Below, piece by piece: positions 40,740 through 51,563 of a stretch of 64,000 bases of DNA. The stretch spans positions 67,580,001-67,644,000 of the forward strand of contig NC_043000.1 of the NCBI RefSeq assembly GCF_006345805.1. Reading direction: 5' to 3'. The position numbers and the translations under genes are program-made. Origin of the DNA: Octopus sinensis (lineage: Eukaryota). Under the pieces are notes generated by a model. That model ran no database searches and was not told the DNA's origin. It was given only the letters and a program-made list of their open reading frames with translations. Each line of letters starts with the position of its first letter. Position 1 is the stretch's first letter.

Positions 40740-41670
40740 CCAATAAGGAGACATGCACTTTCCAGCGAATGGCCTTATCCTCACGATACATTTAATATTT
40801 CCATCTCTAATCTTTGGAAACATGTAACTCTGTGGCCTATTCGCAAGAACAACATGTGGGATCCTGCCAACAGCATATCACCTTCAATTCTGACTTTGCA
40901 AGTGTATTGGAAACAGATGTAAATAACGACCTCGGTTATCATCTTGAATCTTTTTCTCTCAGTGAGCAATATTACAAGATCCAAACAGCCATGGTTTCTA
41001 GAGATTTACTTATGCAGTTCTGAAAGTTGTTTTGTACAAACTTTATTTATACCAAGTCTGTTGAGAATCACTTCATGGGCCGAGCCATGACAATTCTTTT
41101 TTTTTTTTTGCTCCTTCAATACTTACCTTTCAATGAAAGCCATGTTGCAGACTCGTTCAATTTTATCAATGTGGCATGTGATCGGGTGCCTGGCTCCCTC
41201 TCCAGTCATTTTTGAATTTTTCACAGCATTCATGGAGTCCGTTGTGGCAAAGAACTGTTCCTCTCTGCTAAAAGACTTCGATGGATTTTGGCTCCCGATA
41301 CACCTTCAGCTCACGGAAAACAGATTACTGAACGCCGTTATTTAATTATTTATTTATTTATTTATTTATTTGTTTGTTTGTTTGTCTGTTCGTTCGTTTT
41401 ATTTGTTTATTCATTTAACGAAGCAGAAAGTGGATTAACGATGGTTAACGTAATAACAATTAGAACAAGAATTTAACCGACGTTACAAATTTAAACCTGC
41501 ACCATACTTTCTTCGAACTGCTGCTCTCTGGAACTTGTTTTCCTCTTGTCTATGATATTCAGTCCTTTGAGATTTCTGTCTATCAACATCTTTAAATTTC
41601 TAGGTTTCTTCTTTTCCTTCATTGTAATCACATTACGCTACAATGACCTCAAGCCTTGACTGGGACAAAT
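40740..41670 (+). mobile_element. Decayed CR1/L2/Jockey-group LINE 3' portion
   Basis: Remnants such as FLRTAALWN..YDIQSF and an EQ...I..AMV-like block; many stops and frameshifts. Confidence 0.5.
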
Positions 41671-42184
41671 ATCTAGTGATGCACGCAAATAAGATAAGTG
41701 CATTGCGGAAAATTAATAAGGGGGATTCAGCAACTTAAGTAGCGATCAAGTCGCAACGTAAGTGATACAAATATGTAAAGGCATTGGCAGGAGATGGGTT
41801 TCGGCCGCTGTGTGCGAGAGTCAACTTACGCTACCTTTGACTACAACAAATACACGTATATAACGTAGCTGGCCTGTGCATTCCGATTATTCCGCACATC
41901 CCACGCTACTTCACAGTGTACAGCTACGGTAACATTCAAATAACCAATTTCTCAACTTTATTTGATGAGTTCATGTATGAAGACTTTGCTAATATCAACT
42001 TCAAAGACTTATGTTAAACTATAGAGAGTTGTCCGCTGAATCTACAGCAAGACCCCAAACCGTTCTTCATGTTCTTTGAAATATTTTGGTACAGATATAA
42101 TTTGAAGCAGAATCTTGACTAGATAAAATGTATACTGTAGAAAATATAATGCTTCATAAAAGTATATAACGTCGAACATCGGTA

Positions 42185-42567
42185 ACTCAGAAACGTTAGC
42201 ACGCCAGACGAAATGCTAAGCGATATTTCGTCTGCCTTTACGTTCTGTGTTCAAATTCCGCCGTCGATTATGCCTTTCATCCTTTCGGGGTCGATAAATT
42301 AAGTACCAATTAAGCACTGGGGTCGATGTAATCGACTTAATTCCTTTGTCTGTCCTTGTTTGTCCACTCTATGTTTAACCCCTTATGGGTAATAAAGAAA
42401 TATGTATTTCGTCTGTCTTTACGTTGAGTTCAAATTCCGCCGAGGTCGACTTTGCCTTTCATCCTTTCGGGGTCGATAAATTAAGTACCAGTTGTGTATT
42501 AGGGTCGATCTAATCGACTGGCCTCGTCCCCACAAAATTTCAGGTCTCGTGCCTATAGTAGAAAAGT
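42185..42567 (+). mobile_element. SINE family A dimer: Tx1-tailed copy nested in another copy
   Basis: Head, body, Tx1 tail (to about 42402), repeated gtatttcgtctg (42404-42415), then a second body with a different tail. Confidence 0.85.
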
Positions 42568-43639
42568 TTAAAAACATGGCAGATAAAACTATAAAGATAA
42601 TGATAATCACGCATAATTACATAAAACTTTCAGGATAAAAATTATACGGGCTATATACATATTAAAGATGAAAAACAAAAATCATTGTTTTTTGTGTACC
42701 CTATCGATATATATGATAAACAAAACTGCAATACTACGTAGGAAATAGTACAACTAATGCTTCGACATATGTTAGTGTATGTGAGTGTGTATGTGTTTGT
42801 GTGTGTATGTTAGTGTGTATGTGTTTGTGTGTGTGTGTGTGTGAGTGTGTGTACATATATATATATAAGGCAAATTTAGATACACTAAGGTATAAATACC
42901 ACTTGCTAAAATCAGAGCCAAGGCTCGAAAACCACAAGAAACTCGCAATAAAGATATGAGAAATAGGCTTAACTTTTTGTCGAATACATCAATAAGTAAT
43001 GTGTATTTCAATACTAATTGATTTCACCCTCTGTATGACCAACATACACTGGGATCTTCAGTAGAAAATAATATTTTAACATCAGTAATTATTTTATCAT
43101 CTATTTCTAAATATTCACTACATTAGCTCGTGTGCGTTCCTTACTTTAAATGTCATGGTCCTTTTAAAAGGAAACTGTCGTACGGAAGAATAAATTTTAA
43201 AGATGTATTATTACAGTTATTAATGATATTAATAAGGTAATAATACGGTGGCCAGCAAGTTCACACAATTACAGGCACAATATAAGGCATATGTAGATAC
43301 TGTAGGGTATAAATACTACTTGCTAAAGAGAGAGAAAGAGATAGAAGTGGTTTAATAGCAATTTAACAATTCGACTCAGCTGTGGATTACGTAAAGTTTC
43401 CTGGACGTAGGACGTGCTCATCTTATCAGATGAAGTGCATGTGTCCTACGCCGACGAAACTTTAAGGTATGTGGATCTGAGTCAAACTATTATTAATAGA
43501 TATAACAGCAACCAAATGTGTTGAGTGCTACTTTCTTTCGTTCATTTCACTTGAATGTGTGTGTATATATATATGTTTATATATACGTGTGTATGCATGT
43601 ATGTATATATATAAGTATATATTTCTATACACACACACC

Positions 43640-43726
<87 letters not shown>

Positions 43727-43815
43727 CATATGCATATACATATATGCATGGTGGTGCTCCAGCATGACCACAGCCGCGTGGCTGAAACGAGTAAAAGCGT
43801 AAAAGAATATATATA

Positions 43816-43858
<43 letters not shown>

Positions 43859-44301
43859 TACAGATATATAGAAATGTGTGTACGTGCATATATATATATA
43901 TATAATACGTACGCACACATATACATATGTACATACATACATACATACATACATACATACATACATACATACATACATACATACATACATACATGCATGC
44001 ATGCATACATACATACATACATACTACATACATACATACATACATACATACATACATACATAAATGTTCATTAGTGATAATTTCAGTCAATGCTTTCGAA
44101 TTATTTTGGGAATCAATATGAGAAATTTTATTAAAAAACAATAATTCATTTCTTAGGAAATAAGTTGAAATAAGTGTAGAATTCATTACTTAGTGAAATT
44201 GTAAATTAAAAAGAATATTGTTAGTACATACATACATACATACATACTTGCATATATACACATTCATGCATATATATATATACATGTGTATGTGTGTGTG
44301 T

Positions 44302-44387
<86 letters not shown>

Positions 44388-45928
44388 ACCTCTGTAATTT
44401 AAACACATATGATATGATGAAATAATTTTAATTTACTGATAGACAAGTTTACTATTATGTTTTTGATGTTTGACAATTAAGACTCTTCAAGCTCTACTAG
44501 TATTTCTCTCTTTCCCACTCTCTCTCTCAACTACACACACTCTCAGTCGCTCATTCACTCGCACACTCACTCATTCACTCACTCACTCACTCACCCACTC
44601 TCTTTGTTTCATATTGTCTACTCTGACTGCAAGAGATATACCAACGAAGAAAGCACAACGCGGTCGTTCGTCCTGTTAAAGTTAGCATCAGAATCTCAAG
44701 TCACACCTCATCCCCGGTATTTTCGCAAAAACGTTTTGAACAATGATTTCATATAACAGGGGATGGGCAAGTCATGATTAGAATGTCATTGATCATAGAT
44801 TTGTTTTCATCAGAATTCATTTGCGATTAAGGGACAACCGATAAAAATCGTGAGAAAAACATTTCTTACGTACTGTATGAATTATTATGAATTATTATGG
44901 CATCCATATACTCTATGGCAAATTGCATAAATTTTCTCGTACACCTATCGAATGTACACTACCATTAATTCTAAAATATCAGGCTTGAGGCCAGTTTTAC
45001 GAGGCTAATGAGAGACGTTTGGATCCAAAATCCCAATATTTTGTTCGTCGAATCCGTATGTTCACTATTAAAATGTGATTGGGGCTGATAATCTCTATAG
45101 TTTTCATGAGAAAGACTAAATAATAATATCTACTATTATACATAATGAATTACTTGATATAGTGTATGTTATAAGATTTTCTCGGTATATAATTTTATAA
45201 AAATGACAATATAAACAAGAGAAGTGCGTTATGAGACTAGTACGATGTATAATGTGCTGAGAAGTTGCATAACGAAACAACATGAGATATACAAGTCCTT
45301 TTAAATTTAATTAGGACAGACATGACAATATCCATTACATCTGCTGGCTCTCCCAAAATGGGATCTCGAAGCGACTAGTACTTAGGCTAAACCTCTGCAG
45401 GAAAACAGGTGAGGAGTGTGCGGGTGGTAGCGACAGCTTGCTGCAATATCAAGCTAACTGTTTCTCACAATACATGCATCACTATATTTGCCTTAACCTT
45501 GCATCATCATAAAAAGCTATACATATACATCAACATTCTCCTTGAACACTACCACACCAGCATTCTGAAAAACATGATCTTTCCTATCCAATCTGGATAA
45601 GCGTTATGACATTTTATCCCATTGCTGATAAGTTGGTGAGAATCAGCAACTAACATTCTCTGACAGAGTATATATGACCATCCACCGCTATAGATTGTAC
45701 CAAAAGAACATTGGAGAGGATGCCATACGCACAAATTGTCACGACACATTCCACGGTATACGAATAACCACTGACTGTCAGTAGATACAATACGATCATC
45801 AGTTAACCGAAAACTCGGAAACACAGGAACATGGTATATTTGAAGTGATTGGTTTGTTAGGACCTCCTCATCATTATATTGATTATCTATACGTTACATT
45901 TCTGGTGTGTCAGGGTTGAATATCACCA

Positions 45929-46142
45929 GCGGCGAGCTGGCAGAATCGTTAGCAAACCGGGAAAATGCTTAGCGACATTTCATCCGTCTTTACTTTCTGA
46001 GTTCAAATTCCACCGTGGTCGACTCTGCCTTTCATCTTTTCGGGCTAGATAAAATAAGTACCTGTTAATCGCTGGAGTCTATATAATCGACTTGGCCCCC
46101 TACCCTGAAATTGCTGACCGTGTACCAAAATTTGAAACCAAT
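45929..46142 (+). mobile_element. SINE family A
   Basis: Full-length homologue. Confidence 0.87.
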
Positions 46143-47947
46143 ATTACTCTATGTTGTTATCATTTTTTTTTTGTTATTTAATCACAAGCAAGCTGTGTTT
46201 GGGAATTCTTGTGACCAAAGATGATCCACTTATAACAATCCCACCATTTTCTTGGAAATTGCGCATCTATTATGCTATATAACGTCCTCCTTCTAGATGT
46301 TGGGATGTAGTTTGAAGATTTCACTTCTATTGCTAACACAAAAAATAATAATAATGTAAATATTTAATTTGAGAAGGAGAAAAAGTATTGACAGACTCCT
46401 ATTGTGTGATCACTAATGTTACGGTCACCTGATAAAAAACTATCAGGGGCATGTTTTTGTCTATTTATAACGTCTAATATAATTTTATAAACACTAACTT
46501 GGGTACCATGCGTTTACAAATTTACCATTTTACCATTTAGCTGCTAAGATTCTTAGCGTAATGTTCAATGTCCTCTTGCCTTAAAAAATCTTAGCAATAA
46601 TTCATTCAGGGTGAGTTATGTTTTAAAGATAATAATATATTTATCTGACCAAATAATCATCTATTATTTCAGAGTTTGAATGTCATGTAGGATTCGAAGC
46701 GATTCATAGCTGAAAAAGATTAGCTGCTGAGAAAATTAATTGATACTACCTAAGTTTGGTGTCTGAAAATAGAAAAAAGAAAAGATGTTTCTAAAGGAAT
46801 TACATGATAATTAATTCAGCTGAAAAAGTTGAAGTTTAATTTTACATCATTAAAGTGAAGTAACTAGTGTGATTCAATTGCTTGGTATATTCTTTTTTTA
46901 ATATTCTCATACTTTTTTACTATTTATTTTTTGTTCTGCTGGTTTAATATTCTTCTTATAAATATTTTAAAAGACCATTGAAACGTATACTTTACAAATA
47001 TATAAATATATTGATATATAAATATATTAATAACAAATATATACATATACTGATACGATATTTAAACTTTCATGTGTTTCATTACATCATTATTGTTAAA
47101 CAATTATAAGTTCACACTATCCTTATGAAAGTCAGTTGATAAAATTCAGATCTTATCTATTTATCGAAAATGGTGCAAGAAAAATGAATTAATCATGGGG
47201 CAGCACAAATGATAAAAATATTCCAGTCAGCTGCTATTTTCCCATGTAAATTATATTCTAAATAAATAATTTCTAGTTCATAAGATTCGTGTGTTTCAGT
47301 TTAAACAAAGGAAAAGAAGAGAAAATAGCAGACTTCTTTCTCGCTATTCTGGCAGTAATATCTCTAGGGTATTCTATTTTAGGAGAAGCCTTAAAACCAA
47401 ATACTGATAGTTAACGTTGCGTTAATTTTATCATACGCCATACATAGCAAAGTAGATGAAAATAAATTTTCAGTTGGCCTTAGCTTATAATGGTATTATA
47501 ATTTTCATTTCAGGTAATGCAAGTATGAGTAACCTACTACACTCTGTAATAAGCTGAACTGGCAATAAACGGGAAATATTCATAAGAAATCTACATTCAA
47601 CACTTTTTCTGAGCAAAAATAAAATCATAAATTAAGCGCTAATTATGTGCAAGGTATCATATAACCACCAGATTGATGCCAAATGCATTTTACAAAAATG
47701 CTTATATATTATGGCACACAAAATTTAATATGAAATTTTGAATAGTGTTATGCGCTGCATATCGTAAAGCCCAGTGTTTTTATCTTTTTTTCTTTCTCAC
47801 TTTTTTCTTTCTTTTTTCCTTTTTATTGGTGGAACAACATTTGAAATGTTTAAAGTTAGTAGTGATTACTCTTTAAACTACAATCTTTATTACACCTTGT
47901 ACGGACTAGTAGAATAATAGGAACCGATTAGGAGATCTCTACTGTAC

Positions 47948-48020
<73 letters not shown>

Positions 48021-48136
48021 AATAGTAAAAAGTGAAAAAACTACAGAAGGCTTGTTTTAAAAGGTTAAAAAATATATTTGAGTCATTATGTCCGAAGAAT
48101 GTTATAAAATTTTTTCATACAGTGACATAGTATTTG

Positions 48137-48175
48137 AAGAAATTACCGGTTTCGTGTTAACTTTTCAAATTTCTT
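48137..48175 (-). ncRNA. Minimal type I hammerhead ribozyme with U3-A8 core
   Basis: aagaaat-TTGAAAA-gt taac ac-GAA-accggt-A-atttctt: 7-bp stem I, 2-bp stem II, palindromic stem III, GUA triplet; lies in the PLE 3' UTR. Confidence 0.75.
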
Positions 48176-48295
48176 AAAACATCGTGTTATGGCTTCGTTA
48201 TGAAGTGTAAAGAAGAGTTCCAGGTAAGGGGAGGTAATAAGTGATTTCTTCCGGTGTAAGGGAGATAATCACTTTATATTTCTTGTCCCTTTTAT

Positions 48296-49825
48296 TTAAT
48301 GGGGTGAGTTTCTCTGTATAAGAATGTTAGAGTGGTTAAGTTTGGGCTTATATTTTTCAATGAAGAATGTTTCCTTGTTTAGTCTAATTTGTGTTGGTGT
48401 TTCAATAGCACATTGATAAAATGGAAAGATTAAAAATTGTGGTAGTAGTTGCTTTGCGCATTTCTCAATATGCTCACTAAAGGGTATCATTCTGTATTCT
48501 GGGAATGCAATCTGTTGTCGATGCAGTGTGCATCTACGTCTGAGTGATAGTCCCGTGGACCCCACGTAGTTTTGGTGGCAGCCCGAGCATCTTATGACAT
48601 AAATTGTGTTTTCAGAAGCACAAGTAAAATTAGATTTGATCTGGAATTTTTGTCCTTCTTTGAAGAGGAATTCTGATCTTTCTAGAAGGTTTGGGCATGT
48701 TGCGCAGTATGGTCTACCACATTTTTTTACTTTTGCATCCATAATTTCAGAAAACAATTTTGCCTTTGTAAGCATCTTTTTAAGTGATTTAGGTTGTTTG
48801 TAGCTTTTAATGATTTTATGTATGTTTAGAATTTCCTTTAATTTGGGGTCCTTATGAAGTATTGGTAAATTCTGGGTGGTGATGGAGAAGGCTTCTTTGT
48901 TTCTGGGATTGTATGTGGTTATGTAAGGCAGTATTTTCGGGGAAGGTGTGTTGTTGTGTTGAACTTTTCTCAAAGTTTCTATGTCAATTTCTGTTTCACG
49001 TCTGATCCCATCCTCTATGAGTTGAGCTGGGTAGCGTCTGTCAATTAGGGTGTTTTTGAGTTCTTGTAGTCTAAAGTTCCTGGTATTTTGTTCTGACACT
49101 ATTGTGCATATCCTTCTTCCAAGGTTGAAGGGGATGTTTGTTTTAGTGTGTCTTGGGTGGCATGAATCAAAAAGTAGGTATTGTTTAGCCTCTGTGGCTT
49201 TGTAAAAAATGTCTGTTTCTTTTTTAAGGTTAATTTTTTTAATTAGTATATCTAAGAATGGAAACTCCTTTTGGTTGTATTCCATTGTGAACTGTATATT
49301 TGGGTTGATGCTGTTCAATAGGTTTTTGAATTTTAGGTGCTTATCTGTGTTTTCATTCCAGAGTATAAAACAATCGTCCAGGAATCGTCTCCAATTCTCT
49401 TTTATGTATTGAGAGAGGGGGTTTCCAAAGGTCGATAAAGATTCCTGGTAAACAATTATTTCCAGGTAGCCCATTGTTAGGTTCGCAATGACTGGTGCTG
49501 CCCTTGTACCCATAGCAATTCCGGATCTTTGACGGTAAAATGTATTGTCAAACATGAAGTGGTTATTATGTAGGATGAATTCAACCGATTTAGTAATGAA
49601 TTCTTTACTCATCCTTTTTGGTATTTCTTCTGGAAATTGGTCCAGCCAGAACTGTATTGCCTCTAGTCCATAATTATGAGGTATACTGGTATATAAATTA
49701 ACTACATCAAATGAAACCATGATTGTTTCTTCCTTGACTTTTTTTGGAAGGTGGTTTAACATATCCAAGTCATCTCTGATATGACTATCGATATGTTTAA
49801 GGAAGGGTTTCAGGAGGATGTCCAT
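48296..49825 (-). CDS. PLE reverse transcriptase plus GIY-YIG endonuclease (C-terminal 509 aa; upstream part frameshifted)
   Basis: RT motifs and GIY-YIG-type motifs in one open frame. Confidence 0.9.
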   Translation of the reverse strand: MDILLKPFLKHIDSHIRDDLDMLNHLPKKVKEETIMVSFDVVNLYTSIPHNYGLEAIQFWLDQFPEEIPKRMSKEFITKSVEFILHNNHFMFDNTFYRQRSGIAMGTRAAPVIANLTMGYLEIIVYQESLSTFGNPLSQYIKENWRRFLDDCFILWNENTDKHLKFKNLLNSINPNIQFTMEYNQKEFPFLDILIKKINLKKETDIFYKATEAKQYLLFDSCHPRHTKTNIPFNLGRRICTIVSEQNTRNFRLQELKNTLIDRRYPAQLIEDGIRRETEIDIETLRKVQHNNTPSPKILPYITTYNPRNKEAFSITTQNLPILHKDPKLKEILNIHKIIKSYKQPKSLKKMLTKAKLFSEIMDAKVKKCGRPYCATCPNLLERSEFLFKEGQKFQIKSNFTCASENTIYVIRCSGCHQNYVGSTGLSLRRRCTLHRQQIAFPEYRMIPFSEHIEKCAKQLLPQFLIFPFYQCAIETPTQIRLNKETFFIEKYKPKLNHSNILIQRNSPH

Positions 49826-50560
49826 AAATAGATTTAATTTGTGTGTTTCACAGGTTGGGCCAGCTACAATGGGTCGTAGTTTTAGGTCCCCCGGGTTATG
49901 TGTGTGTATGTCTTTGGTGAGTTTTTAATGGTTTCATTTATAATTTGGCTTTTATGTATTTTTGGCAGACCATAGAAGAGGCTAGGCTTGCATTTAAAGT
50001 TTGTTAGAAAGTCAATCTCTTTGGTTGTTAGTTCCTTTTCATGGGTTTTAATTAGTGAAGATAGAGTTTTCATTATTTTTTGCGGGGTGTAGTTGGTGAT
50101 TTTTTCATAATGTTGATCGTCATCAAGCAAGGAAATTACAAGATTTCTATAGTATGATGTATCCATTATTACAACTGCACTTCCTTGTCTGCTTCCTTAA
50201 TGGTTATATCTTCATCATTTTGAAGTTCTATCAGTTCCTTCCATTGTACAGTGTTAAAATTTGAGTTAACTGTCTGTTTATGTATAGTATGGTAGGGAAA
50301 GTTCTCAATGTGGCTGCAGAACTCGTCAAGATCTTTATTTCTTCCTCTGTGGGGGATGTGTTCACTTTTGTTCTTGACTAGTGATTCATCTTCAGTATTG
50401 AAACTGGTTGATGCTTCTGCTAGTCTTAATTTTCTGCAGAATTCTGTTATATTATCCTTGATTTCATTTAGGTTGGCTCTGCGTGGAGTTGGCGTAAATT
50501 TGAGCCCTTTTGAGAGGATGTCAATTTTTATGTTAGAGAGAGGTTTGGTTGAAAGGTTGA

Positions 50561-51328
50561 TTATCTTCGGTTTTTCCTTATTACTAGGTTCCAGCCTGTT
50601 TCCTGGTGTCTCTGGTCCCGGGCTAAAAAATGTTGGGTGTAATTTTGTTTGTATGAGTTGTCTGTGAGGTTGTGTGATATTGGTTCGGGGAAACGGTGGT
50701 ATTGTTGCCTCCGATTGTTGTGTGTGTGGTTGTTTTCGTTTGTGGTGTGTGTAGAATTTCTGTATGTGATATATTTTTGTTTCGAATTGCTTGTATGTGG
50801 GATGTTGCTTGACTTAGTGTTTTTTTGCGTTTGTCTTGTGTTCGGTGGGGACCAGTAATTTTGGTTCATGGGGTAGTAGCGACTTGTGTGTGGTGTATTT
50901 CTTATTCTAGTGTTATTTTGTGCTGTTATGTGGTGGTTGGGTCTGGTATTAGGATGTTGTTGGCGTGTTCTGTTCTTGGTGTAATCTATTTCATAGACGC
51001 GTTGTCTGTCAGCTTGTTCCCTGTTAAGTCTTGCGTGGTTCGAAAATGTTGGTTGTCGGTGATTTCTGTTTCTAGTGTATGGAGGATAATTGGGGGTAGT
51101 TTGTGGGTTGTTCGGTTTTTCTTTTTTATTTTTTGTAATTTTCTTAAGAAAGGGATTATCTGTACCCAATTCATTTTTGAAAATTGACGTATAACTTTGG
51201 AAGAAATCGTTGCTTTTTTCCCAGCGTAGGAGAGAATTTCTTTCTTCCTTTTCACAGATTTCCTTCCAATGATTTAGGGTATTTTCGAGGGGTTGTTCCT
51301 CGGTTCGTTTCTGTATTTCATTATGCAT
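50561..51328 (-). CDS. PLE upstream ORF (charged helical N-terminus, basic N/Q/R/H-rich disordered C-terminus); identical copy at 54101-54868
   Basis: 255-aa ORF, translation identical in both units, overlapping the RT frame by -1. Confidence 0.7.
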   Translation of the reverse strand: MHNEIQKRTEEQPLENTLNHWKEICEKEERNSLLRWEKSNDFFQSYTSIFKNELGTDNPFLKKITKNKKEKPNNPQTTPNYPPYTRNRNHRQPTFSNHARLNREQADRQRVYEIDYTKNRTRQQHPNTRPNHHITAQNNTRIRNTPHTSRYYPMNQNYWSPPNTRQTQKNTKSSNIPHTSNSKQKYITYRNSTHTTNENNHTHNNRRQQYHRFPEPISHNLTDNSYKQNYTQHFLARDQRHQETGWNLVIRKNRR

Positions 51329-51473
51329 CTCCTCGTCGATGCTTTTATATTTTTCCTCATTTGTGGAGGCCCTAAGTTTTAGTAGTTCTATTTCTGATTT
51401 TAAATTGAATATTTTCTATTTTCTATATATTCAACCACGTGCTTTCACACACCAACTTTCTCACCTATATATA

Positions 51474-51560
<87 letters not shown>

Positions 51561-51563
<3 letters not shown>

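Larger units (their letters stand above)
48021..51465 (-). mobile_element. Penelope-like element (Neptune-type), tandem unit 1
   Basis: ORF1-like 50561-51328; PLE N-terminal motifs; RT (SFDVVNLYT, GIAMG, RFLDD), CxxxxCxxC linker, GIY-YIG-type endonuclease (TIYVIRC..C..NYVGST); flanked by (TA)n(GA)n. Confidence 0.95.

Noticed and set aside
45409-45850. Complex-looking sequence with short ORFs on both strands
   Set aside because: Stops in all frames and no identifiable domain; probably an old unrecognisable TE.
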